Of a DNA stretch of 46,435 nt, positions 1-9,235 are shown one piece after another. How positions within the stretch are numbered: the stretch's first letter is position 1; every line of letters starts with the position of its first letter. Both the position numbers and the translations under genes were made by a program. Under the pieces are notes generated by a model that worked only from the letters and a program-made list of their open reading frames with translations, was not told the origin of the DNA and made no database searches. The DNA comes from Chthoniobacterales bacterium (GTDB lineage: Bacteria > Verrucomicrobiota > Verrucomicrobiia > Chthoniobacterales > UBA10450): contig JBBSLW010000001.1 in NCBI GenBank assembly GCA_038233495.1, forward strand, positions 1-46,435, written 5' to 3'.

Positions 1-1127
1 GCGAAGGCCTCGTTCCAGCGCCGTTCCCGAAAATAGACGACAGCGGTCCAGAAAGAGTCGCGCTGGGCGATCTGCTGCGGAGTCGCCTTCTCGGTCAGTG
101 CGAGCAATTCGTAAACTTCGAGTCGCTGATGCGCTTCAACGCTGCGCAGAAAATCCAGCGGGCGCGCCACGATCGCCTTGCCGGCGGCGCTGAATGCGCG
201 CGGGTCGAGCAGAATCTGCGAACCGTAGGTGCGGTTGGCAAGGGCGAGACGGCGCGCCACTTCGAGCGGTTCACCGGCCACCACGATCTCTTTGCCGCGG
301 GCGTCGTCCCGCATTGTCGCGACCACCCTCCCGGAGCTGATCCCCATCCGCAGGTCGATCTTACCTAACGAATCCGGCTGACCCGCGGCCTGGCCGCGAA
401 AAACTTCCCGGAACGCGAGCGCCGCCCGGGCCGCGTCCGTCGCATGCACGGCGCTCTCGTTAGGGAAACCAAAGAGGACACGGATCCCCTCCCCGTCGGC
501 CGCGTGCAGGTAACCGCCTTCCTCGAGAAACCGTCCACTCGCGCATTCGATGAATTCGCGGGTCAACTTCGCGCAGTCAGCCGGCGAAAGTTCATCGATC
601 AAGTCGGCTTCATTCGCGATCTCGCAAAAAACGAAACTGGCTTCGCGCGCCAGCGGCTGGGCGAGATTGAGCGTGCCGTTTTCCGTCAGGCGATCGAGAC
701 CGGATTGCGCCAGTCGACCGCCAAAGAGGCGCGCGGTCGCGCGGCGCTGCCGGCTTCCCTGGGTCGCAGTCATGGCGATGGCGAGGAGCGCGGCGGTCGC
801 GACGGCGAGCACCGCGGGCAGCGGAGCGAAGCTGATCCCGGCCAGGCGCAGGACCCAAGCGGCGCCGAAGAGTTCCGCCAGGAGGAGGGCGAGCAGCCCG
901 GCCCGGTGGACCGCGCCGGTGACCTGGAGGACGGTCCAGGCGGTGCCAAATCCGAGGAGAAGAACGAGCAGGAAGTTTACGAAGGAAACGGGCTCGTTAG
1001 GCGAAGCGCCCAGCATTTTCGCGAATGCGAGCGAGGGACGCGCGAGCAGCCCGTTCAACTGCAGGGCGAGGGCCAGCCCGCTCGCGACCGCCCCGATCCA
1101 GAGTGTGCCGAGAAGTTCCCGCTTCAT
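1..1127 (-). CDS. membrane-anchored class III adenylate/guanylate cyclase-like protein (3' end runs off the window)
   Basis: Absent from the ORF track because there is no stop in the window. My minus-strand translation from the ATG (complement of 1125-1127) gives MKRELLGTLWIGAVASGLALAL... with about 3 hydrophobic helices. Cyclase-homology motifs follow: FVFCEIAN, GEGIRVLFGFPNE, LRMGISSGRVV, VAGEPLEVARRLA, EVYELLAL. The start overlaps the stop of the upstream ClpX-like gene (ATGA). Confidence 0.6.
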   Translation of the reverse strand, partial: MKRELLGTLWIGAVASGLALALQLNGLLARPSLAFAKMLGASPNEPVSFVNFLLVLLLGFGTAWTVLQVTGAVHRAGLLALLLAELFGAAWVLRLAGISFAPLPAVLAVATAALLAIAMTATQGSRQRRATARLFGGRLAQSGLDRLTENGTLNLAQPLAREASFVFCEIANEADLIDELSPADCAKLTREFIECASGRFLEEGGYLHAADGEGIRVLFGFPNESAVHATDAARAALAFREVFRGQAAGQPDSLGKIDLRMGISSGRVVATMRDDARGKEIVVAGEPLEVARRLALANRTYGSQILLDPRAFSAAGKAIVARPLDFLRSVEAHQRLEVYELLALTEKATPQQIAQRDSFWTAVVYFRERRWNEAF

Positions 1128-2713
1128 TCCGCCGGGCGTTCGCCGCCCGGTCCGTAAGATTTCAGCACCAGTTCGCTCAAAAACTTATCTGGCGCCTCGA
1201 CCGCTCCCGCATCCAGCACAAACTGTTGCCGGCCGGTATTTTTTTTGATCAGGCTGAGCCCGAACTGGAAGTCCTTGAAGAGGTGCGCGCAGAGATCCGG
1301 CATCTTCATCCGCTCCGTTTCGGCGCGCGTGGTCAATCGCTCGAGCGCGGAATCGTCAAACTTCAGCTCGACTCCATGTTCGTGGGAGAAGCGATCGGCA
1401 AACATCCGCGCCTCGTTGCGCAGCGTTTCCTTTTCGTTCTGCTCGCTTTCCGCCATCAGGCGTTCCAGCACCTTCTTCGGTTCGCGGACCAGTTCTTCGG
1501 TCACGCGCAATTGCGAAAGGCCGGAGCCCGCGAGGTAGTATTTGTAATCGCGGAAAAGTTTTTCCCAGACGGTGAGGAGCCCGCGCGCGCCGGTCTTTTC
1601 AAGCGCGGCCGCGGTTGCGATGAGGAGGAGCGCTTCGTCCTCGAAACTGACCTCGATCCCGTAGGCGCGGAAGGCGCGCTCGTACTGGCGCAGGATGCTG
1701 CCCTCGGAGAATTTCATGATTTTGTAGAGATCATCCGCGGTCAGCTCCTCGCAGACGACGCGCACCGGCAGGCGGCCGATGAACTCCGGCTCGAAACCGT
1801 ACTCGACGAAATCCTGCGTCCCGACGTGCTGGAAGACTTCGTTATCGAGGACCTTCACCGGCTCGGCTTTGAACCCGATCTGGCCCTGGGCGAGCCGCTT
1901 CGAGACCTGCGTCTTCAGCCGCTCGAAAGCGCCGCTCACGACGAACAAGATGTGGCGGGTGCTGATCGTTTCGCGTTTCGCTTTCCCGCGTTTCTGGAAT
2001 TCAAACGCCGCCTGGAGCTGCCCCTGCAGATCGTTCGCGCTCCGCAGCGGCACCTCGGTTTCCTCCATTAACTTGAGGAGCGTGGTCTGCACGCCGCGAC
2101 CGCTGACATCGCGGCCGGTCATGTTGGAAGAGCCCGCCAGCTTGTCGACTTCGTCGATGTAAATGATCCCGAACTGCGCGAGGCCGACGTCGCCATCGGC
2201 TTTCTGGACCAACTCCCTAACGAGATCCTCGACGTCGCCACCGACGTAGCCGGTCTCGCTGAACTTGGTCGCGTCGGCCTTGACGAAGGGCACCTTGATC
2301 AGCTCCGCGATGTGTTTGATCAGGTAGGTTTTTCCGACCCCGGTCGGGCCGACGAGGATGACGTTCTGTTTCGCGTACTCGGTTTCCTCGGCCCGGACCG
2401 CGTCTTCACTCTCGAGCTGGCGGATGTAATTAACGTGGTTGTAGTGATCGCAGACCGCGATCGAGAGGACCTTCTTCGCTTCGTCCTGCTTGATCACGAA
2501 GCGGTCGAGATGCGCCTTGATATCGCGCGGCAGAAAATCGAAAACGAACTCGCCGCCGCTCGGCCGCGGCGGTTTCTCGTCATCGCCAGCCTCGGCCCGC
2601 TCCGGCTGGGCAAAGGAAGCAAAGGAGACTTTCTCGCCGAAGTTCGATTTCATGAATTCGGAGAGCTTGGATTGCAATTCTTCAGGCGTAGGAAATGGCG
2701 GATTTTGATTCAT
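1124..2713 (-). CDS. ClpX-family AAA+ unfoldase paralogue (no zinc-finger cysteines, C-terminal extension)
   Basis: 529-aa ORF. Walker A is VGPTGVGKT, the pore loop is ETGYVGGDVED, and an IGF-type loop is GQIGFKAEP. It also has the ClpX-like DRFVIKQDEAKKVLSIAV. The N-terminal ~65 aa contain no Cys. About 100 extra C-terminal residues relative to typical ClpX. Confidence 0.8.
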   Translation of the reverse strand: MNQNPPFPTPEELQSKLSEFMKSNFGEKVSFASFAQPERAEAGDDEKPPRPSGGEFVFDFLPRDIKAHLDRFVIKQDEAKKVLSIAVCDHYNHVNYIRQLESEDAVRAEETEYAKQNVILVGPTGVGKTYLIKHIAELIKVPFVKADATKFSETGYVGGDVEDLVRELVQKADGDVGLAQFGIIYIDEVDKLAGSSNMTGRDVSGRGVQTTLLKLMEETEVPLRSANDLQGQLQAAFEFQKRGKAKRETISTRHILFVVSGAFERLKTQVSKRLAQGQIGFKAEPVKVLDNEVFQHVGTQDFVEYGFEPEFIGRLPVRVVCEELTADDLYKIMKFSEGSILRQYERAFRAYGIEVSFEDEALLLIATAAALEKTGARGLLTVWEKLFRDYKYYLAGSGLSQLRVTEELVREPKKVLERLMAESEQNEKETLRNEARMFADRFSHEHGVELKFDDSALERLTTRAETERMKMPDLCAHLFKDFQFGLSLIKKNTGRQQFVLDAGAVEAPDKFLSELVLKSYGPGGERPAE

Positions 2714-2904
2714 CAGGAAAAAGGCGCGGCGCGAAGAGCGAGCGCTGAAAAGAACTTAACATCCTCGTTCGGCATGTAAAATTTCGGGGGCCGCGCGCTG
2801 CTTGCGCCAGTTGCATTTCGGGCGCAACTGTGCTCAGTGGAATGCCGCTTCGGCAGGCCGGTCGCGCTCGGGGCGCATCCGCCGCTGCGCCAACCCATTT
2901 TACC

Positions 2905-3222
2905 ATGCTTACCATCCTTCTCGCTCAAGCCCAGACCGCCGCACCCGCGGGGGCCGGTCCTAATCCGCTGGCCTCGTTCATCCCCATTATCCTTATTTTT
3001 ATCATCATGTATTTCGTGCTTTTCCGGCCGCAAATGCGCCGCCAGAAGGAACAGCAGAAGCTCGTCGCTGCTCTCAAGACCGGCGACCGCGTGGTGACCG
3101 CTTCCGGGATTCACGGGATGATCACGAATGTGAAAGACACGACCGTGACGGTAAAAGTGGCCGACAACGTGAAGCTCGAAATGGAAAAGTCGGCGGTGAC
3201 CAACGTCGTCAAAGCAAACTGA
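2905..3222 (+). CDS. yajC: preprotein translocase subunit YajC
   Basis: PIILIFIIMYFVLFRPQMRRQKEQQKLVAALKTGDRVVTASGIHG is a typical YajC signature. I chose the ATG at 2905 inside the longer 2830 ORF. It sits directly upstream of secDF. Confidence 0.85.
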   Translation: MLTILLAQAQTAAPAGAGPNPLASFIPIILIFIIMYFVLFRPQMRRQKEQQKLVAALKTGDRVVTASGIHGMITNVKDTTVTVKVADNVKLEMEKSAVTNVVKAN

Positions 3223-3223
3223 C

Positions 3224-5587
3224 ATGACGCCTGCTCTTACTTTTATTGTCGGACTCGTTCTCCTCGTCCTTTTCGGCTGGTATTTCGCGACCGATCGCGG
3301 AATCCGGAAACATTTTCTCGCCGCGATCCTGGTCGTCCTGCTCGTCGCCTTCAGTCTTTGGAGCATCCTGCCGCTGCAGCAAAAGATCCGGCTTGGACTC
3401 GATATCAAGGGCGGCACTTCCTTCCTCATCCGTTTAAAGAGCGATCAGAAGGACCTGAGCAAAGGCATGCTCGACCAAGCCGTCGAAGTGATCCGGAAAC
3501 GCGTCGATTTCTTTGGGAGCGGCGAGCCGATTATCAGCCCGGTCGGAACGGATCGCATTTTGGTCCAGATCCCGGGACTCGACGCCGCGAAAATCCAGGA
3601 AGCGCGCGACCAGCTTTCCCGCGTAGCGAAGCTTGAATTCCGACTCGTGTATCCGGATAACGGCGAGCGCCTGCGCGCGATCGATGCCGGGGCGGAAGTG
3701 ATCCCACCGGAATACCGGATTGAAACCTACAAAATCCAAGCGCGCAACGAAGGCGAAAAGCCGGGGGAAGAGCGCTTGCTGGTGAAGAAAAAGGCCGATC
3801 TGGGCGGCGACCGGGTGACTGAATCCAACGCCTATTACGGAAACGACGGCTGGACGGTGCAGCTTAAATTCGACAGCGAAGGCGCGAAGACATTTGGCCA
3901 GATCACCGAGGCCAACGTCGGCCATCGTTTCGCGATCGTGCTCGACGGATTGATTCAATCAGCGCCCAGCATTCGCACAGCGATCTACGGCGGCGACGCC
4001 ATTATTACCGGCAGTTTCCAGGAGCAGGAAGCGCGCGGTCTCGCCAGCGTCCTTGAAAATCCTCTCCAGGTCCCGGTGAGCATCGAAGAAGAACGCAGCG
4101 TCTCGCCGACGCTCGGTCTCGACTCGATCCGCGCCAGCATTCGCGCCGGGTTGATCGGCTTGGCGATCACGCTGCTCTTCGTCGCGATCTATTACCGGTT
4201 TGCCGGCCTGGTCGTGAATCTCGCGCTCATCGTCAACCTCGTTTTGCTCCTCGGTGAATTTCAACTCATCCCGGGCGGCGTCGTCCTCACATTGCCCGGT
4301 ATCGCCGGTATCATCCTCACCATCGGCATGGCGGTGGACGCGAGCGTTCTCATTTACGAACGGCTCCGGGAAGAATTGGCGAGCGGCAAGACGCTGCGCA
4401 CCGCCCTTCCCGCGGCCTACGACAAGGCGTTCAGCTCCATCTTCGACGCGAACGTAACGACTCTCATCACCGCTACGATTCTCTTCTTTTATGCCAGCGG
4501 ACCGGTCAAGGGATTCGCCATTGTGCTTATGCTCGGCATCCTGGCCTCCCTCTTCACGGCCTTGATCGTCGGGCGGAACGCCCTCGGATGGCTGGTGGAA
4601 AGCGGCCGCCTCACCCGGCTCACGATGATGCATCTCATCACCCCCAAAAATTGGAACTTCCTCAGCAAAGGATGGATCGCCGGCCTTTGCTCGCTCGCTC
4701 TGATCCTGGCAGGCGCGGCCGCGTTTTACGCGCGTGGTGAGAAAAATTTCGGCGTGGACTTCCGGGGCGGCGATCTCGCGACGTTGAGCGCGCCGCACAA
4801 GGTGGACCTCGCCAAAGTGCGCGGGGCGCTCAAGCCGATCGGGTTGGCCGACGCGGCGATTCAGCAGTCGCAACAAGGCGACCGGAGCTACATCACCATC
4901 CGCAGTCCTCTCAACACGAGCGACAACGTCGAGCGACAGATCCTGCAGACATTCCCGCAGGAAGGCTTCAAGATCGAGGGCTCGGAACGGGTCGGCGCGC
5001 TGGTCGGCGGCGAATTGGCGCGCAGCTCGCTGATCGCGCTGGGGCTCGGAATCCTGGGCATTCTCGTTTACGTCACGCTTCGCTTCGAATTTTCCTTCGC
5101 GATTGGCGCGATCGTTGCCCTCCTCCACGATGTGTTGATCACGGTTGGTATGTTCACGATTCTAGGGCGAGAATTGACCCTCACGATGGTCGGGGCCGTC
5201 CTGACGATCGCCGGTTATTCGATTAACGATACGATCGTGGTCTATGATCGAATCCGCGAGGGCCTGGCGAGCAGTCGCAAAGGTTCGATCGAGCAAATCA
5301 TGAATGAAAGCGTCAACCAGACGCTGAGCCGGACGATCCTGACCAGTTCGACGACGCTTATTCCGATTTTGTGCCTCTTCTTTTTCGGCGGAGCGGTCCT
5401 CAAGGATTTTGCGCTCGCCATTATCATCGGCGTGGTTGTTGGAACCTACTCGTCGGTCTTCATCGCGGCTCCGATCGTGCTCTGGTGGACCCGGGCGCGC
5501 GGCGGCAGCGCGAGCAGTCTGCGCCGGGAAGTGACGCAGAAAACGACGGTCGCGAGCCCCACGTCGGCCTCCCAAACCCGCAGTTGA
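3224..5587 (+). CDS. secDF: fused protein-export membrane protein SecDF
   Basis: 787-aa ORF with SecD-like periplasmic domain plus 6 TM (ERSVSPTLGLDSI, GIAGIILTIGMAVDASVLIYERLREE). A SecF-like half follows (GYSINDTIVVYDRIRE). The ATG at 3224 lies 1 nt after the yajC stop. Confidence 0.9.
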   Translation: MTPALTFIVGLVLLVLFGWYFATDRGIRKHFLAAILVVLLVAFSLWSILPLQQKIRLGLDIKGGTSFLIRLKSDQKDLSKGMLDQAVEVIRKRVDFFGSGEPIISPVGTDRILVQIPGLDAAKIQEARDQLSRVAKLEFRLVYPDNGERLRAIDAGAEVIPPEYRIETYKIQARNEGEKPGEERLLVKKKADLGGDRVTESNAYYGNDGWTVQLKFDSEGAKTFGQITEANVGHRFAIVLDGLIQSAPSIRTAIYGGDAIITGSFQEQEARGLASVLENPLQVPVSIEEERSVSPTLGLDSIRASIRAGLIGLAITLLFVAIYYRFAGLVVNLALIVNLVLLLGEFQLIPGGVVLTLPGIAGIILTIGMAVDASVLIYERLREELASGKTLRTALPAAYDKAFSSIFDANVTTLITATILFFYASGPVKGFAIVLMLGILASLFTALIVGRNALGWLVESGRLTRLTMMHLITPKNWNFLSKGWIAGLCSLALILAGAAAFYARGEKNFGVDFRGGDLATLSAPHKVDLAKVRGALKPIGLADAAIQQSQQGDRSYITIRSPLNTSDNVERQILQTFPQEGFKIEGSERVGALVGGELARSSLIALGLGILGILVYVTLRFEFSFAIGAIVALLHDVLITVGMFTILGRELTLTMVGAVLTIAGYSINDTIVVYDRIREGLASSRKGSIEQIMNESVNQTLSRTILTSSTTLIPILCLFFFGGAVLKDFALAIIIGVVVGTYSSVFIAAPIVLWWTRARGGSASSLRREVTQKTTVASPTSASQTRS

Positions 5588-5672
5588 CGCTGGGGGGAGC
5601 GAGCCTTAGGATCGTTCGCCCAGTCAGCTGGGGAAAATTTCAAATTTAAAAGGACCAGGAGAAAATAAACGC

Positions 5673-5870
5673 ATGCCAGAAGTGATCGTTCGTAAAGGTG
5701 AGCCGGTGGACCGGGCCCTGAAACGGCTTAAGAACAAGCTGGACGCGGAAGGAATTTTGGAAGAAGTGCGCCGCTTGCGAGCCTTTGAGACGCCTTCGCA
5801 AAAGACCCGGCGGAAGGCGAAAGCCAACGCCAAACGCGGACGCGCCAAGTTTCGTTTTAATCCTTCGTAG
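5673..5870 (+). CDS. rpsU: 30S ribosomal protein S21
   Basis: 65 aa, MPEVIVRKGEPVDRALKRLKNKLDAEGILEEVRRLRAFETPSQKTRRK is a classic bS21 sequence. Confidence 0.93.
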   Translation: MPEVIVRKGEPVDRALKRLKNKLDAEGILEEVRRLRAFETPSQKTRRKAKANAKRGRAKFRFNPS

Positions 5871-5922
5871 GATTCCCGGCCGGTCTGCGGTCAAGCGATA
5901 AAGCGTTGCAGCAGAAACCTCT

Positions 5923-5946
5923 GCGACGACGCTTCTCGCTTTTTTG
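5923..5946 (+). terminator. possible weak intrinsic terminator after rpsU
   Basis: gcgacgacgcttctcgc can form a 6-bp stem (one bulge, 4-nt loop) and is followed by a TTTTTT run at 5940-5945. The stem is weak. Confidence 0.3.
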
Positions 5947-5960
5947 TTGCCCGCTGCTCC

Positions 5961-7532
5961 TTACTCGCACTCGCAGACGACGCGGAAGCCGAGATCGTTG
6001 CAGGTGTAATTCGGAACGTTTGAGCCCCGGGTAGTCGCCCGAAGGCTGTTGAAACGCGATTTCCAGCTTCCGCCCCGGTAAACTCGCTTGACCCCGCTGG
6101 CCGGCCCACGCGGATTTACCTTCGGGGTTCCGCGATAATTTTCGATAAAATCGAGGCACCACTCCCAGACGTTCCCGGCCATGTCTTCGATCCCGAAGGG
6201 GCTCGCACCCAGCGGGAAAGCTCCGACCGGCGAGCTTTCCGCGTAGCCGTCGTCGATGGTCGAATCGCTCCAGGCGAACGCGGTGTTTTTATCGGCAAAA
6301 TTCGCCAGGTCCCCGCGCCCTTCCTTGTCGCCCCAGGGATATTTGCGCTGGTCCTCGCCGCGCGCGGCGTATTCCCACTCTGCCTCGGTCGGCAGCCGAT
6401 AGCGCCGCCGTTCCCGCCCGCTCAGCCATTGGCAGAACTTGATCGCTTCCGCGCTGCTCACGTAGACGACCGGATGCCGGTCGCCCGCGCCCGGGGTGCG
6501 TTTGCGCGCGTGGCTCGGGTCAAACATCTCATACTGCGCGTTGGTGATCGGATGGCGGGAGAGATAATAACAGCCAAGCGTGATCTGCGTGATCGGCTTT
6601 TCGTTAGGCGGGGCATCGTTCGCCTCGCTCCCCATTTTGAAGATGCCGGAGGGCACGAGCATCATCTCGGCCCCGATGTTGCTGGTGAAATTCTGGAAGC
6701 GCGCCTTGTCCGCCGCCGGGTCGATCGTCGGGACCGGAGCAACTGCGCCATTCCGGACCGGGACGGCGACTTTCGGGGCTGCGACCACCACCGGTTGCGG
6801 GGGCGCCGCCTGCTCTTCGATTTCTTCCAGGTAAAGGTCGACCATATCTTCGGCGTCGCCCGGCTCGATCCCGAGGTTTTCCGCCATGTTCACGAAGGCG
6901 TCGCGCTGGTCGTCGGTCATGTCGTCGCTGTCCAGACCGCTCAGGCGCAACATGCGCATGAAATCTTCGCCGGGATCGAGCGCGCCTTTTTTGTCCGAAG
7001 CGTCGTTCTCTTTCGCGGGCGTGACTCGGACTCCGCCGCAGGCGCTCAGCTCGGCCTCGATTCGTTCACGCATCCGCTCGTCGCTCAGGCCGTGTTGCCG
7101 GCCGAACTCAAGCAAGGTTTCTTCTTCCTGCGGCGAAAGCGTTTTGTCGTTGAGCGCGAAGGTGACGTACTTGTTGAATTCTGCGATCGCGCGTTCTTCC
7201 GCCTGCGCGGCCAGCTCGTCGTCCAGTTTTTGGCGACGTTCCGGGTCGAGCAGCTCGACCCGGGCCTCGGTCAGGAAGCGCGAAGATTCTTCCAGCCCGG
7301 AGCGGAGGAGCTGGGCGAGCGGGTTGCTCGGCTGATTCTTGAGCGGCAGTTTTTTCTGCCACCAGGTGAGGAGATCGCGAAAACGCTCCTCGATTAGTTC
7401 GTTAGTCGGCTTGGTCTGTGGGTCGAGACAAAGCCGCTCGTAAAGATCGGGCGAGTTGTATCGACTCCAGCCATCCCACTTGCGCGGGTCATCGGGCAAA
7501 GGGACCGGGAAACTGACCGCCGGTTTGAGCAT
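5961..7532 (-). CDS. J-like domain / helical repeats / Pro-Ala linker / FGE-sulfatase (SUMF1-like) domain protein
   Basis: 523 aa. The N-terminus DLYERLCLDPQTKPTNELIEERFRDLLTWWQKK is shaped like a J-domain but has no HPD. The C-terminal ~240 aa carry FGE-family motifs (RHPVVYVSSAEAIKFCQWLS, YRLPTEAEWEYAARG, GNVWEWC, RVYRGGSW). The start lies 1 nt after the Hsp70 stop. Confidence 0.75.
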   Translation of the reverse strand: MLKPAVSFPVPLPDDPRKWDGWSRYNSPDLYERLCLDPQTKPTNELIEERFRDLLTWWQKKLPLKNQPSNPLAQLLRSGLEESSRFLTEARVELLDPERRQKLDDELAAQAEERAIAEFNKYVTFALNDKTLSPQEEETLLEFGRQHGLSDERMRERIEAELSACGGVRVTPAKENDASDKKGALDPGEDFMRMLRLSGLDSDDMTDDQRDAFVNMAENLGIEPGDAEDMVDLYLEEIEEQAAPPQPVVVAAPKVAVPVRNGAVAPVPTIDPAADKARFQNFTSNIGAEMMLVPSGIFKMGSEANDAPPNEKPITQITLGCYYLSRHPITNAQYEMFDPSHARKRTPGAGDRHPVVYVSSAEAIKFCQWLSGRERRRYRLPTEAEWEYAARGEDQRKYPWGDKEGRGDLANFADKNTAFAWSDSTIDDGYAESSPVGAFPLGASPFGIEDMAGNVWEWCLDFIENYRGTPKVNPRGPASGVKRVYRGGSWKSRFNSLRATTRGSNVPNYTCNDLGFRVVCECE

Positions 7533-7533
7533 C

Positions 7534-9096
7534 TCAGACGACGCACAGTTGTCCCAGGGCCGTCGTCGCCCGATCCAGCTCCGCCGGAGTCAGGCCGGTC
7601 TTTCGTTCGATCGAGACTGAGGCGCTGTTGCCGCAGGCTTCGACCGCCACTTCCAACACTTGGTTGGCGTTATATTCGTAGGTCAGCTCCACCGGCGATC
7701 CTTTGGGAAGGAACGGCGGCAGCTCAACATCGCAAATTCCCAGCGGCGTGCATTCCGCGGGCAGCGTGCTTTCGCCTTCCACGATCCGGACAATTGCGCG
7801 CTGCATGTTGGCCGTCGCGGTGCCGAAGGAATTTTTCGCGACCGCCGGCATGGCGGTCATCTTCTTGATCATCGGGAAGACGTATTCCTCGAGGTGCGCT
7901 TCGTCCCAGAGAACGACGCCGAGGGTGTGCGAGGTGATGTTGCGCACTTGGATGAGGCCGCCTTCGCGGGAGGAAAATTGCTGGCGGGTCTCGGCCGGGA
8001 GCATTTTCTCGCCGGTCGTTTCTTCCTCGCCGAGGAGCGAGAGAACCGCCTGGATGGCAGCGCCGACCGCGACCGCTTCGTCCGGGTTAACGTCCTCGGC
8101 CAACGGAACGGAGGTAAGTTCGCCGATCATGGCGCGCACCATCGGCATCCGGGTCATGCCGCCGACGAGCAGAATCTTGTCCACTTTCGACCATTCCATC
8201 TTGGCTTCGCGCATCACGATTTCGCAGATCGCCTTGCACTTCTCCACGAGGTGCTTGGTCATCTTCTCGAAGTCATCGCGAGTCAGCTCGATCTTGACGC
8301 TTTTGCCGTTGTGGCTGTGCACGATCGTGGTCCGATCGCGGCTCGAAAGCTGGATTTTCGCGGCCAACGCCCGGCTCTGCAGGTCCTGGTAACTTTGCAG
8401 GTCGAGCAGAGGATTCTCGCCATGGGCGCGATCGAATTCCTCCGCCACGTGATTGACCAGGATGTCGTCCCAGTCCTTGCCGCCGAGGCGATGGTCGCCG
8501 TTCGTCGCCACCATCTCGAGGCGATGGCCTTCAATCCCCATGAGTGTGACGTCAAAGGTGCCGCCGCCAAGATCGAAGACGAAAACGGTCTGGTCGTCGT
8601 CCAGCTTGTCAAGGCCGTAGGCGAGCGCGGCTGCGGTTGGTTCGTTGATAATCTGGAGCACGTTCAGGCCCGCGAGACGTCCCGCTGTGATTGTCGCGGT
8701 CCGCTCGGGATCGTTGAAGTAAGCCGGCACCGTGATCACCGCATCGGTCACCGGCACCTTGAGATATTTCTCCGCGTCCGACTTGAGTTTCTTCAAGATG
8801 AGGGCGGAGAGTTCCTCGGCCGAGTATTTCGTGCTGTTGAACTCGCGGTTGAATTGTTCCTTCGACTTGCCGATTTCGCGCTTCACGAAGTCGACGATTT
8901 TCTCCGGCTCGGCCACAGTGTTGTTCTTCGCGATCGTGCCGACAATCGCGTTGTTGCCATCGAAGAGAATCACTGAAGGGGTGATCCGCTCGCTCTCCGC
9001 GTTTGGGATGATTTGTGGTTTTCCGTAGGCGTCGATGTGGGCGACGGCGGAAAATGTGGTGCCGAGATCGATTCCGACTGCTTTGCGATTGCTCAT
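7534..9096 (-). CDS. atypical Hsp70-family chaperone lacking the C-terminal helical lid
   Basis: 520 aa with GIDLGTTFSAVA, VITVPAYFNDPER, VFDLGGGTFDVT and LVGGMTRMP motifs. A beta-sandwich substrate-binding-like region follows, and the protein ends about 100 aa short of canonical DnaK. Confidence 0.88.
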   Translation of the reverse strand: MSNRKAVGIDLGTTFSAVAHIDAYGKPQIIPNAESERITPSVILFDGNNAIVGTIAKNNTVAEPEKIVDFVKREIGKSKEQFNREFNSTKYSAEELSALILKKLKSDAEKYLKVPVTDAVITVPAYFNDPERTATITAGRLAGLNVLQIINEPTAAALAYGLDKLDDDQTVFVFDLGGGTFDVTLMGIEGHRLEMVATNGDHRLGGKDWDDILVNHVAEEFDRAHGENPLLDLQSYQDLQSRALAAKIQLSSRDRTTIVHSHNGKSVKIELTRDDFEKMTKHLVEKCKAICEIVMREAKMEWSKVDKILLVGGMTRMPMVRAMIGELTSVPLAEDVNPDEAVAVGAAIQAVLSLLGEEETTGEKMLPAETRQQFSSREGGLIQVRNITSHTLGVVLWDEAHLEEYVFPMIKKMTAMPAVAKNSFGTATANMQRAIVRIVEGESTLPAECTPLGICDVELPPFLPKGSPVELTYEYNANQVLEVAVEACGNSASVSIERKTGLTPAELDRATTALGQLCVV

Positions 9097-9235
9097 GTGA
9101 GTAAGAGGTTTCCTTTTATTCCCTGTCTCTGGACTGCGTCCCTCTAAATGCAGTTTCCATGCCTCCGCCGGCTTAAATTCGAGGGAATCTTTTTCCCCTC
9201 CCTCGCCGGGGCGGGATTCGCCCTAACGACAGCCT

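Noticed and set aside
3959-5128. Long antisense ORFs opposite real genes. Examples: 3959-5128(-), 7660-8976(+), 12081-13523(+), 12103-13116(-), 19395-20657(+), 20951-21880(-), 24576-25826(-), 36349-37392(+), 45002-46075(+).
   Set aside because: Their translations are Arg/Ala/Gly/Pro/Asp/Glu-rich strings with no recognisable motifs. Each lies opposite a gene with clear family signatures. Stop-poor shadow frames are expected at this GC content.
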